From: Phoronis australis | Taxonomy: Eukaryota; Animalia; Phoronida | Assembly: GCA_002633005.1 (NCBI GenBank) | Contig: NMRA01000025.1 | Location: forward strand, 385,450-449,449 | Length of the DNA stretch: 64,000 nt | Direction of reading: 5' to 3' | In this document: positions 11,510 to 21,739 of the stretch, one piece after another | How the letters are laid out: each line of letters starts with the position of its first letter | Position numbering within the stretch: the first letter of the stretch is position 1 | Notes under the pieces: model-generated | Told to the model about the DNA's origin: nothing | Databases searched by the model: none | The model's input: the letters and a program-made list of their open reading frames with translations, nothing else | Translations under genes and position numbers: made by a program

Positions 11510-12751
11510 AACAAAAGCAACGCAGAGCGTTGAAATACGCCAACGAATGCATTGCAAATGGTGTGCTTTTAGGGTTATTAATTTTTATCATAAAAATGGC
11601 TACTAGATGGCGCAAAAACATACAATCTATCCAAAAACGGGAACATGCCTTATTTCAAAAAATCTGTCAAGGAACTTCAGAGAAACAACAGAAAACAGAA
11701 TAAAATGAAATTGCCACTAGTGAGCACAGTGTCCATTGGATCCACCTGAAAGTCGTCGTTTGTTGATATCTTGATATAAATACACTTACTAAATTTAGTA
11801 AAGATCCTGCAGTGGGTTATGGGCACAAACGGAGGCACCAAAGTAGTCAGTCACCATCATCAAAGGTCGTCTTCACACTGAGAACACATATGCCAATTTT
11901 CAAATGATTTGGTTGATAAAGGGGTGGACACCAAAAAACAAGATTTGAAAACAGCAAAAAATCAAATGGCCACTAGGTGGTGCAAAATACCTTGATTCCA
12001 TCCAAAAACAAGAAGATACACGTCATCACACCAACAGATGCCTATATTTAAAATTTCATGAAAATCTGTTACGGACCCTTGAAGATACCGAGAAACGTAA
12101 AAACTAAAATTGCCACTAGAAGCACAGCAGTAGTCATACCTGTCCGAAAGTTGTCGTCATCCGTAGTCAACATCATATAAATACATTTGCCAAATTAAGA
12201 AAAGATCATGCGAACAGTTTAGGAGATAGGCGCAACAAAAACAAAACTGCCACTAGGAGGCGCCACAGTAGTCAAAATCGGAAAATCATCGTCAACCATC
12301 CTCTTTATAGTAAGCACATACATGCCAATTTTCACAATCATGCTTTGAGCGGTTTGGTTGATAGAGGGGTGGAAGCAAAAAAAAAAACAGACTCAAAAAC
12401 CGTAAAAATGGTCACTAGGTGGCGCAAACTGCGTCGAATCCATCCGAAAACGGGAAAATAGTATCACCTCATTAATAGGTGCCTCCATACCAAATTCCAT
12501 GAAAATCCGTTCAGGACTTTTGAAGATATAAAGGTAAGCGTAAAATACTAAAATTGCCACTAGGGGGCACACCGGTAGTCGGACCCGTCCGAAAGTTCAC
12601 TCATGCCGTCCTATTCATGAATAGAACATATGTGCCTAATTTCATGAACGTATGTCAAAGGTTTTGGAGACAGAGCAGCGAACGCAGGACGCCGGACGGA
12701 CGGAGATGACAGCATAATGTGTCCACATACAAATATGTGGGTGCATAAAAA
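11510..12751 (-). mobile_element. HINE family A, apparently full-length copy in CPSF6 intron 1
   Basis: On minus: 5' ttttatgcacccacata-tttg-tatgtgg hairpin, (ccgt)n tract, ~140-150 bp internal repeats, 3' hairpin caacgc-tct-gcgttg then cttttgtt. T-rich ends, no TSD. Confidence 0.75.
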
Positions 12752-13287
12752 CAGCAACAGTAGAGGCAGAGTAAACGGAGAGGCTTTTGATGGTAATTCA
12801 CAGCGGTGTCAAGCTGATATTATGAGTTCGACATAGCGTGATCAGATCAAAAACATATAGTTCCCATTGATCTATAGTGTGACCTATTTTGTGACTGTCA
12901 TTCAATTAATTAAATCACAAGCATATGCTTCTGTGTTTGTACTTGATTTAGTAGGAAAGAACGAAATTCCAAGGCCCCTTGAAATGTTCACCTATTTTTC
13001 TTGTACCCAATCAGCATGCTCTGTAAGCAGTGTTCTCCACGACCAGTTTTGACTCGACACGGCAACGAGTTTAAATTTTGCCGCATCGAGTTTGGAGAAT
13101 GTGCGTTGAGTTTGAAAAGTGCCGCGACAAGTTATAACTTTGGCTGGGTTGGCACTTTTGCCCTCAAAATCAAAAATGAGGGTGAATTGGCCAACATCAG
13201 CCATAGTTCCTAACACATATATGACCTAAATTTTGTAATAGAGTGTAAATTATGGCTGAAAAAATCTAAGTGTAATGTTGCTGGTCT

Positions 13288-13514
13288 TAGTTGATATAAG
13301 CATTCAGGTGATGTTGTGAGTGGCCTGATGAACAGCCGCATTAGTTGATGTAAGCATTCTGGTGATGTTGTGAGTGACCTGATGAACAGCCGCGTTCGTT
13401 GATGTTAGCATTCTGGTGATGTTGTCAGTGGCCTGATGAACAGGCGCATCAGTTGATGTAAGCATTCTGGTGATGTTGTGAGTGGCCTGATGAACAGGCG
13501 CATCAGTTGATGTG
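13288..13514 (+). repeat. 54-bp tandem repeat, about 4 copies
   Basis: Unit gttgatgtaagcattctggtgatgttgtgagtggcctgatgaacaggcgcatca. Confidence 0.92.
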
Positions 13515-13757
13515 ACTGGAGCAGGTCGGACAACACATTTTTCCCATGAATAATGCCGATTGAATTAGGAAAACGTGGAGGTATGTATGGTATGTATTGG
13601 TTTCCATGTCAACAAATGTAACCAGGGAACGTGTTGCCATCGAAGATAAAATACGTGACGTAAATTACTTCCAGACTGAAGTGCTTCATGACAAGATGGA
13701 AGTGTTTGGTAGGTGAGAATATTGGACAGCAGTCGTGTACCTTTCTCTTGTCTACAG

Positions 13758-15347
13758 CAGGGCTTGCAATGACCCATGACAAAAAAGGGCAAATTTTTAC
13801 GGCCCTAAACACACATTTCAATCTAAACCACACCTCAACAGATCGAAAGTAAACATTATTTTCACAAGATGCCCTATTACTGTGCCGTGTTGGCAAAACG
13901 CACTCATCTTAAGCAGTACCTGACATCTATTTCAGCAAAAACAATGAAGGCAATTAGATGCAACAAGAAATATTTTTTAAAATTAAAATAAAGATAATGA
14001 TGAAAAAATTGCAAAGTGAGTAGCAGGAGCTTATTCTCATTTGCTGCAGGGAGACCAGTCCTATAAAATTATTTTCAATTCTTGTAATTACGATACAAAA
14101 TTACAAAAAAATTGAAAATCGATCCATAGATTATCTACAAAGCCTGAAATACATACATACTTAATTCCATCAAACAATTTAATTCCAACGCAAATGGAAA
14201 AAACTCAAGATGAAAACCTGTGGCTCATACCCCAACTGTTAGCATGGAAAAATGAAAGTCAAAAACAACATACTTTAAACTATAGAATGTATCAATCAAG
14301 TTGGCCAAACTTTTCAGTTACAAACAGTAATTACAGGACTTAATTGTTCCTAAGCCACGCTGGTGTAGAAGAAACTATGTGACAAGAAATAACTACCAGG
14401 ACACTGAAAATAGGCTGGCAGAATTTGCAAACAATGGCTTAGACCAATCGGATCATTCAGAATCTGTCACGTGATCACTTCTCTCGAACTGCAAAACTCC
14501 AGTCACAAAATAGAACACGAAAAATGTAAAAATAAATTGAAATACATAAAAGGCAATTTAAAACACATCTGCAGTGACGAAAATAGCACTTTGTATCCCG
14601 TTCGGCGGCACGTAGAAAATCGCACTCAGGCGGTCAGGCCACTGGCAGCCAACGGCAATGGGCGTGCATGGAGGATCAAACAAAAGAATTTCATACATCA
14701 CTCACATCCCCCGATTCCAATCCAACGAGTAACCGGTTACAGTTGAATTTCGTTTCAGGAAGCGTTGTTATTTCTAGTCTTTCATCATTTTCAGTCAGTC
14801 CTCCGACTCCAACTTAGTCCAAGGCGACTCGACCACGCACTGCGTAATTGTTCCTCTCTCAAAGTTTACAGAGCACAAACCTTGGTTTGTGAAAACATTA
14901 ACCGTTTCTTTTATCCACGAAATATTCAATCTACTCCATACTCCATGCATTTTTGACCGCAGAATCGCACTATTTGTCACCGCAATTTTATACCAAATTC
15001 AGACGCCATTGATGAACTATGCTATCCCAGGCACAGGCACTTGAATTTATCTGTTCCTCGATTGCCACTGATGTCACTCACTACTAAGAAAGCATGTTGT
15101 TTCTTATACATGGTTACGAGTCATCGCGAAATTCGAGCGCCTATGATCTGCAATTACAATGTTCGTGCTTCTGAAACATAAAGAGCAGTTTCCGGTTTTC
15201 GAGTTGTCGGCAACGCCGCAGTAAGAAACCAATTTGCCGCGATAATGTTATGGCAAATCCGATTTTTTTCCGCGGAAATATAATGAAAATATGCGAAGGG
15301 AATAAAAAAACAGAAATCCGCGTTTCCACGGAAAATTTCAAGCCTTG
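13758..15347. mobile_element. hAT-like non-autonomous element, long copy
   Basis: TIR CAGGGCTTGCAAT / ATTTCAAGCCTTG. Both ends are homologous to 15880-16407. Flanks ctacag/atatag match 4 of 6. Confidence 0.7.
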
Positions 15348-15594
15348 ATATAGTATCGATTCAAGTGGCTGTCAAGAGAGCCTGTGGTGGTCTTGCCATT
15401 GCCTACATTCAGAATAGAATTAGCAGTGATTAGAGATAATTTGGATCAATCCCTAAACACATGCTAAAGGTCTTTTAAATACAGGCAAATTTCTTGAAAA
15501 TTATTACAGAATTCGGAAAAGACCAGTGACAGTGGTGAAATTCCAAACTAGCCAATACTCAACTCAAACTATTAGAGGGTTGACCAACTAACAC

Positions 15595-15757
15595 TGTAGA
15601 AAATTTCAGTGTCTCCCGTGGGACATGAACCCAGGTTGCACGTGCGACGACCAGTTTTCTAAACCATAAGGTCAGGAGGCATTTGCCCCTTGGTAAGATG
15701 CTTACAGAGGCTATAACTGGCTGTGCATATCGTCACAACCGAAAGTCACATTTCACA
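15595..15757 (-). mobile_element. Solo LTR (163 bp) of the tRNA-containing TRIM
   Basis: TG...CA termini (tgtgaaa...ttctaca on minus). Flanked by a 4-bp direct repeat acac/acac. Confidence 0.75.
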
Positions 15758-15879
15758 ACACTACACCCATTCTGCGGATCAGGCGCACTCCCTGGCTCCC
15801 TGGCTTTTAGATCTCAGCAACGCCCTAGCATCCTGGAATTTGCCATCAGCGACGCTCTCTGTGAGGCCATTACTACCAG

Positions 15880-16407
15880 CAGGGCTTGGAATGACCAATG
15901 ACAAAAAACACGGAAACATTTACGGCCCAAAACAATGCGCGCTACCCAGCCCTGAAATAGTTGATGATGTGAACCTTTCGCCGACAAAAATAGGGACTAA
16001 AAAATAAGAAAAAAAGGAAGAAAAAAGAAAAAAAAAGTTACCACCATCAGTAGCATGCGTCTGCGTCCTTTTAGCTCGTCCGTCCGCTCCCACCCCTACA
16101 CATTTTTGGCTCCAGAGCCATAGCATTTGTCACCGCGGTTTACAATCACACGAGACCCCATTGAAAATCCCACCACCCTATCCCAGATGCCCCGGCAATG
16201 TTGACAATTTACGTTCCTCCGAAACATAAAGAGCAACTTCCGCTTTTCTAGGTGAACGTCGTCGGCAACGCCGCGGTAAGAAAGCAATTTGCCGCGGAAA
16301 TTTTATATCAAATCCGATCTTTTTTAAGCGGAATTATAATAAAATACGCGGACAGAACATTTGAAAAAAGCAGAAATCCGTGTTTCCGCGGAAAATTCCA
16401 AGCCTTG
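15880..16407. mobile_element. hAT-like non-autonomous element, short copy with 6-bp TSD
   Basis: TIR CAGGGCTTGGAAT / ATTCCAAGCCTTG, flanked by taccag on both sides. Confidence 0.78.
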
Positions 16408-16428
16408 TACCAGGTTGCCCCTAATCAA

Positions 16429-16592
16429 TGTAGAAAATTTCAGTGTCTCTGGTGGGACTTGAAACCCAGGTTGCACGTGTGACGACCAAGTGCCTAAACC
16501 ATTCGGCCAAGAGGCAATTGCCCCTTGGCAAGCAGCTTAGAGAGGCTTTATCTGACTATACATGTCGTCACAACCGGAAGTCAAGTTTCACA
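16429..16592 (-). mobile_element. Solo LTR (164 bp) of the tRNA-containing TRIM, best-preserved A/B boxes
   Basis: On minus: tgtgaaac...gcctctTGGCCGAATGGtttaggcac...GGGTTTCAAGTCCC...gaaattttctaca. No TSD seen. Confidence 0.75.
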
Positions 16593-16941
16593 ACTCCAAA
16601 CAATGAAAATGAAACTGTTTTGGGTAGAGTTCAGCAACACTACATCCTAGGACCTGAACTTGTACCTCGCTACAAAGCAAGACTTCGCGAGATCACGTGA
16701 AACATTGCCGTGTATTTTAAATAAGAACACATGATTTTGGCAAGATTTAGACGCGAGACAGACAGCTTCTAAACTCTACCCTGAACGCGATTCGTTGGCC
16801 GGGCTAGTTCAACAAGGAGTGTTCACTGAAATTCTGCGCACAATCGGTGATACCATAATAATGCTTTTTAATCAGCCACATCCTCAAAGAATGTATGTAG
16901 CGAATGAACAACATAATCTTCTATTAGAACTAGGATTCAAC

Positions 16942-17004
16942 CTGCGCAAACTCTTCTTCGCCTAAATTTTCAGCATACAAATCTATGTCCACGCCATCCG
17001 CCAT
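16942..17004 (-). CDS. CPSF6: Cleavage and polyadenylation specificity factor 6 (CFIm68), coding exon 1 (MADGVDIDLYAENLGEEEFAQ)
   Basis: ATG at 17004 in aagATGGcg context. The peptide matches the CPSF6 N-terminus (human MADGVDHIDIYADVGEEFNQ). GT donor follows codon 21, phase 0. Confidence 0.93.
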
Positions 17005-17030
17005 CTTTGTTCCATCTACCACTTCCACGA
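16998..17030 (-). promoter_or_regulatory. YY1-type motif (CCGCCATCTT) overlapping the CPSF6 start codon; promoter-proximal region
   Basis: CCGCCATCTTTG at 16998-17009 matches the YY1 consensus CCGCCATNTT, common at housekeeping-gene starts. Confidence 0.4.
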
Positions 17031-17685
17031 TTGGGTACATAACCAAAGATGTTATGCAACATGAAAGATTAGAAACAGAGAAGCAGCTGTAGTTTTTACT
17101 GACTCTGAGATTGAGCTATTATAATTTATTATTTTTTCACCCTATTAAAATTTTGTAGTACACATTATTGATAAAACTTCAAATGCTACTTAAAACAATA
17201 CCAAACATGGTTGCTGTTCAGAGCGCGCTCCCGCGGTAGAATAATAAACTATTCACGCGGCAAAGACGTACAGTCAGCCCCAGACTACCTGCACATGAAA
17301 CAATACAACCACCTCCGATCGGCTCATTTTCCTCGAGTCGCCACTCCGCTCAGCCGGCCGAGGTTTGAAAAACTCACAGAAACTAGAGAGACGTTGAGAT
17401 TACGAAAACAGGCAGAATAGAAGAGAAAGACATGTTTGCCCACGATGAAGATTTTCGGAACGCAGACTGAAGCCCGCGAGCCGGCGGACAAAAATCTGAA
17501 TGATGCGTTTCTCTCTTGTCAAGAATTTTCTACTGAATAGATACATGCATTAGTTAAATATTCCTCGTAGCCTCAATCAACTTCTGAAATCAACAAAAAA
17601 ATTAACGGCATGTTAAATACTTTTTGAAAAGTAAAGTCACCACTACCCTATTCAGTCAAAGTTTACTGACACACGTACGCAATAC

Positions 17686-17700
17686 AACAACAACAATTTG

Positions 17701-17740
<40 letters not shown>
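17686..17740 (+). repeat. (AAC)n microsatellite
   Basis: Visible directly in the sequence. Confidence 0.95.
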
Positions 17741-17741
<1 letters not shown>

Positions 17742-17825
17742 AACTCTGCGATTGGACGCGCAGAGTAAAAAATAACAAAACGTTTATTTGAAAACTCATA
17801 GGCCCATTGGCCCACAGCTGCACAG

Positions 17826-18125
17826 CATAATTAATATACAAACAGTATAATCTTGCCTATTCATCAAATACTCATAATTAATATACAAACAGTATAATTC
17901 ATCAAATACTCATAATTAATATACAAACAGTATAATCTTGCCAATTCATCAAATACTCATAATTAATATACAAACAGTATAATTCATCAAATACTCATAA
18001 TTAATATACAAACAGTATAATTCATCAAATACTCATAATTAATATACAAACAGTATAATTCATCAAATACTCATAATTAATATACAAACAGTATAATCTT
18101 GCCAATTCATCAAATACTCATAATT
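17826..18125 (+). repeat. 38/47-bp tandem repeat, about 7 copies, at the 3' end of the LINE remnant
   Basis: Unit cataattaatatacaaacagtataat(cttgccaat)tcatcaaatact. Confidence 0.9.
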
Positions 18126-18129
18126 TCGA

Positions 18130-18652
18130 CCCTGTATTTGCCATTGCTTGTTGCCGATGTTGTTCTTAAAACAAGGCCAACATAGAGACGTAAAATCTGA
18201 ACCTAAGAGCGCCTTAATGTTTTTATATATTACTATACATTGTGCCGGTACAGTGTTTCTTCAACCCAACTCAATCATAAGATGATGCGTCGAACACTTC
18301 AATTAAAATTTGCTATTGCAAATACTTGATTAAAAGACAGGCAACCTCGTACTTTTCACATGTTAATTCAGGTTTAATTGAAAATCGTATACCTAAGTCT
18401 TTGCTCAAAAGAAATTAAAAACTTCATTTCATCACCAATACCTTGTTGCAACCAAACACAGCCAAACCCAGACGTGAATAATACATTTTTATTAAGGTAT
18501 ACCAGTTCTTTTGACCTTTCAAATCGTTTTCACGCAGTGATTATGTAACATTGTTTTGGAAGCCTATCGTCATTCATTTTCAACAATTTCAAAACTACCT
18601 AATGGGTTTCCACTTATATGTCACGCACAAATCAAAACGCCCTCAATAACAC
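18130..18652 (-). mobile_element. Non-LTR retrotransposon (RTE-X-like) remnant, 3' piece
   Basis: Degenerate translation GRFDLCV...LKLLKMNDDRLPKQCY...LFTSGFGCVWLQQGIGDEMKFLISFEQRL, typical of the region after RT. Confidence 0.75.
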
Positions 18653-18656
18653 TTAA

Positions 18657-20654
18657 GAGGCAGTCCATATAAAAACCACTAGATCTTCAAAAATCAGTCT
18701 ATACGTCAAAATTTAAAACAACTTCATTTTTTGTACATGGGTAGGTATCCTAACAAAAACCCAAATGTCAAATTTTGTGCACTCAATGACCCCTAATTTC
18801 GCCGCTTGAGCATGATAACACAAATTGGCACAATTGGGCATATTAGCCGTCTCAAAAATCGCATGTTTTCAGCAACAAAAATGAGTATCATACAAAACAG
18901 ATCAAAAACTATATTTTGGTGGCTGAAATAACCAACGTATACTGTGCATAATTCTGTGTCATTTATTAAAATCTGACAGGTTTGTGCTAGACAGGGGAGA
19001 TAATCCACAGACCACTTTTTGGGGCTAATTTTAGTGGCCATTTTTGTGACCTTCTTACTGCCATAAAACACCTTGTAGCATTGTGTGACGTTTTGAACAT
19101 ACAGTTAAAGAGTTAGTCTTGATGACTGAGCAATAAAAAGTCTTGCCTCACTTTAGTGAAAATTGTCTTGCAAAACTGTCTATTTTCATAGTTTGGAAAT
19201 GACGAGCAGAGTTTACAGACCAAACTTTTAGGCAAGAAGTCTGCTTTAAATAGTAACAGAAACCAAGTCTAAACTCTTTCAAATGAAAACAAGATGTTTT
19301 CCGGGTTTATTACGCGGCTAGCATCAAAACTGAACCCGATAACCTTTGCCCACTGAGGGAGTCAGTTGAGGTTAAGCTTGAGGATATATAAAAATGTATG
19401 TGTAACCCTCTTGTATTCTTTCATTTCTTTTACATTATCAGGTTAATTTAAACACTCTGTAGAACTTTTAAATGGAAATAAATGCCTTTAAGATTAAACG
19501 AGTAAGAATTGATATTTGTAATGACTGGTTTTGAGAGAGGCAAGTGCATTTTAAAAAGACAAAATGGCGGACGATGTCGATGGGCCTTCATGTTCCTTTA
19601 GAGTTTATTCTGCAAACAATCCGATCACAAAAGCTTTGTGCTTTAGTGAGTTACATGTATGTCAAAGACACCACTGAACATTTGAGATACAGGAAATTAC
19701 CTCACAAAGCAAGGCCTGTGAAACAGGACCAGTCGTGGAAGAGTCAGGTAATGCTGGATGTTACCACTCTGCTCCTCTCCTCCTGAACGTAGCAGCCTTG
19801 TCAAATTCTACCGGTATTTCTGTTTCGAGATATGACTTTAGTGAAAGTAAGAATGGAAAACATCTCTGTGATCGCAAGATCGCTCCACTCAAACAACATG
19901 CGAAGTATTTTGTAGCCGAAAGTAATAATATCATAAACTTTCTGGATTTGAAAGAAGCATTATTTTCCAGTGGCCGCGTGAAGGGATGTTATGTGTATGC
20001 ATGTTCAATCAATGCAACAAAGTCTTTTCCAAAATACTCAGTTCCTGGTATAAGAACATTCCCAAATTCCCACTATTCCACCCAAGGAATTCGCGTGTAG
20101 AAATCATTCCATGTGGGTGACGGTAAGTTCTTATAAATACTGAGAAAATGGGAAACCTATTTCTCTAAAACACACTAACATCTATAGACATGGCGGATTT
20201 TCAACACCAAGAGTTAATTAAGGTTGGCACTGTATCTAGTGAAGTGCCTCAACAAAAGTTCCCTTGTACCCAGCAAGGTTACTCGAATTTTTTTTTTTGC
20301 TACAGACGCAGAACTAGGTCAGTTTTGTCTCACAAATTCAAAACGTACAAATTTAAAAATGGATTTTGAAAGTTATGCCATTAATTTATTCAGCCATTTT
20401 CCTTTCAATTCGTATCATTCATTTGTTTTGACCTTACCACACATGCTAGTAAAATGCATTCAAACATGCCTACTTCGACACCCAATTTTGTTTCAAAATG
20501 GAGGTACTGGTCATAAAAAGAAAAATAATGAATGAAAATTTTTAAAAAGTGAAGTTTTTCTACATCTCAACAAACCAAACTCATGTGCTATGATTCAAAA
20601 AAAATGGGATTTTGGGTATAGACTCTACCTGTTGGTTTTTATATGGAGTCACTC
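18657..20654 (+). mobile_element. Sola3-type DNA transposon, internally deleted
   Basis: TTAA TSD (18653-56 and 20655-58), GAG...CTC termini, TIR core ccatataaaaacca. Transposase fragment at 19735-20100 reads S(G)NAGCYH...YDFSESKNGKHLCDRKIAPLK. Confidence 0.8.
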
Positions 20655-20658
20655 TTAA

Positions 20659-20934
20659 TTTCTTGTCTTGATACCTGTACGTAATAACCATTTACAAAAC
20701 GGGGGCTGAACACTTTTTATATTCTTTCTGCGTGTTGTACCCCACAGTTCTGCACCATAAAACAGAATAGGTGCCACCATAGAGTAAAATAGTTTAAATG
20801 CTATTTTTACATTTCTATTTGGTTCCATTTTGTATAAATAAGACTTGACTAAATTGAGGGCTTTTCTCGCCTGTTGGGCTAGTGTTTTGCAACACATCGT
20901 CCAACTCAGCCCGCATTCCTAGGTACTTACATTA
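20659..20934 (-). mobile_element. Same LINE remnant, middle piece
   Basis: KYLG then ...QARKAL...KLFYSMVAPILFYGAELWG...FCKWLL (ORF 20655..20897). Confidence 0.8.
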
Positions 20935-21719
20935 TGTCAGAATATAGACTAACACTGTTTTTATTTGTATTGCTGTGTTTTGTTATTCTGTTTGATTGGC
21001 ATGACCCCTGAGTTAAGTACAATGATGATGTAATTTGTTTACTACAAAATAGTGTGGAATTTTCTAGAAGACTGAAGCCAGAACAGTGATGATGTAATTT
21101 GTTTACTACAGTATAGTGTGGAACTTTCTAGAAAACTCTAGCATGACACAGTGATTAATGCAGTCTGGAATATTCTAGAGACTAGTATATGTTTGTAGAA
21201 TGATTGAGTAGATTCAGGAAAGTTCTAGGATGTGCTTGAATTGATGAAAAGTTCCAGAACAATGCACTAGGCTATAAATAAACAAGCACGGATTTCTGTT
21301 AGTCAGATCAAGTCAGTTCAAAAGAAGATAAAGTCGGAAGATCAAGTCAGTTCAAGAGAGATCAAGCAAGTTCAAGAAAGTTAATCAGGAGAACTACAGT
21401 TGAGTTGCAGTGAAGATAATCAGCAGATACAGCGATAGTCAATAGAGAACCAGCTATAGAGACAGCAGGTTATTAAACCGACGAGTGTAACAGTTGCTGA
21501 ACGTGTCTCAGAAGTTCATCACAAGTCAAGGCTTTGCAGCACTGGCTGGAGCATAAACAGACATTACGTCGGACGTTTTGTTTGAGTAGGCTTGTGAACA
21601 TACGGTCGGGATTAATAAAGGATTACCTCGAACCAGTCTTCAGTCAATCTTCGCACCGAAAGCTATTAGCACCGGTCTGTAACAACCTGCGCCCACCCAC
21701 ACACGGGGAAAACGTGACA
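20935..21719 (+). repeat. 5' LTR (785 bp)
   Basis: TGTCA...TGACA termini, TATAAATA at 21273, AATAAA at 21614. Direct repeat of 26295-26876. Confidence 0.93.
21056..21280 (+). promoter_or_regulatory. Heat-shock-element array plus TATA box in 5' LTR U3
   Basis: Perfect nGAAnnTTCnnGAAn at 21056-70 and 21120-34, nTTCnnGAAnnTTCn at 21212-26, near-perfect arrays near 21163 and 21248, TATAAATA at 21273-80. Confidence 0.75.
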
Positions 21720-21721
21720 AT

Positions 21722-21739
21722 TGGCGAGCACGCCAGTAG
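21722..21739 (+). other. Primer-binding site, tRNA-Arg(ACG)-like
   Basis: tggcgagcacgccagtag lies 2 nt after the LTR. It matches 15/18 to TGGCGAGCCAGCCAGGAG, the complement of the vertebrate tRNA-Arg(ACG) 3' end as recalled. Confidence 0.65.

Noticed and set aside
13288-13514. 54-bp, 50-bp (40336), 40-bp (9883) and 38/47-bp (17826) arrays as CRISPR arrays
   Set aside because: They are head-to-tail repeats with no unique spacers, no cas genes are present, and the context is eukaryotic.
13288-13514. 54-bp unit as a coding repeat or C/D snoRNA cluster (TGATG and CTGA words)
   Set aside because: No splice sites link it to CPSF6, the box-like words are on the strand opposite the host transcript, and the unit derives from a repeat arm.
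16429-16592. Functional tRNA gene or tRNA-derived SINE
   Set aside because: No clean cloverleaf or T-run terminator. The tRNA-like part is internal to a TG...CA unit that also appears with a PBS and PPT.
18657-20654. piggyBac or Kolobok assignment for this TTAA-flanked element
   Set aside because: GAG...CTC termini and the NAGCYH / FSE..GK..CDR motifs fit Sola3 better.
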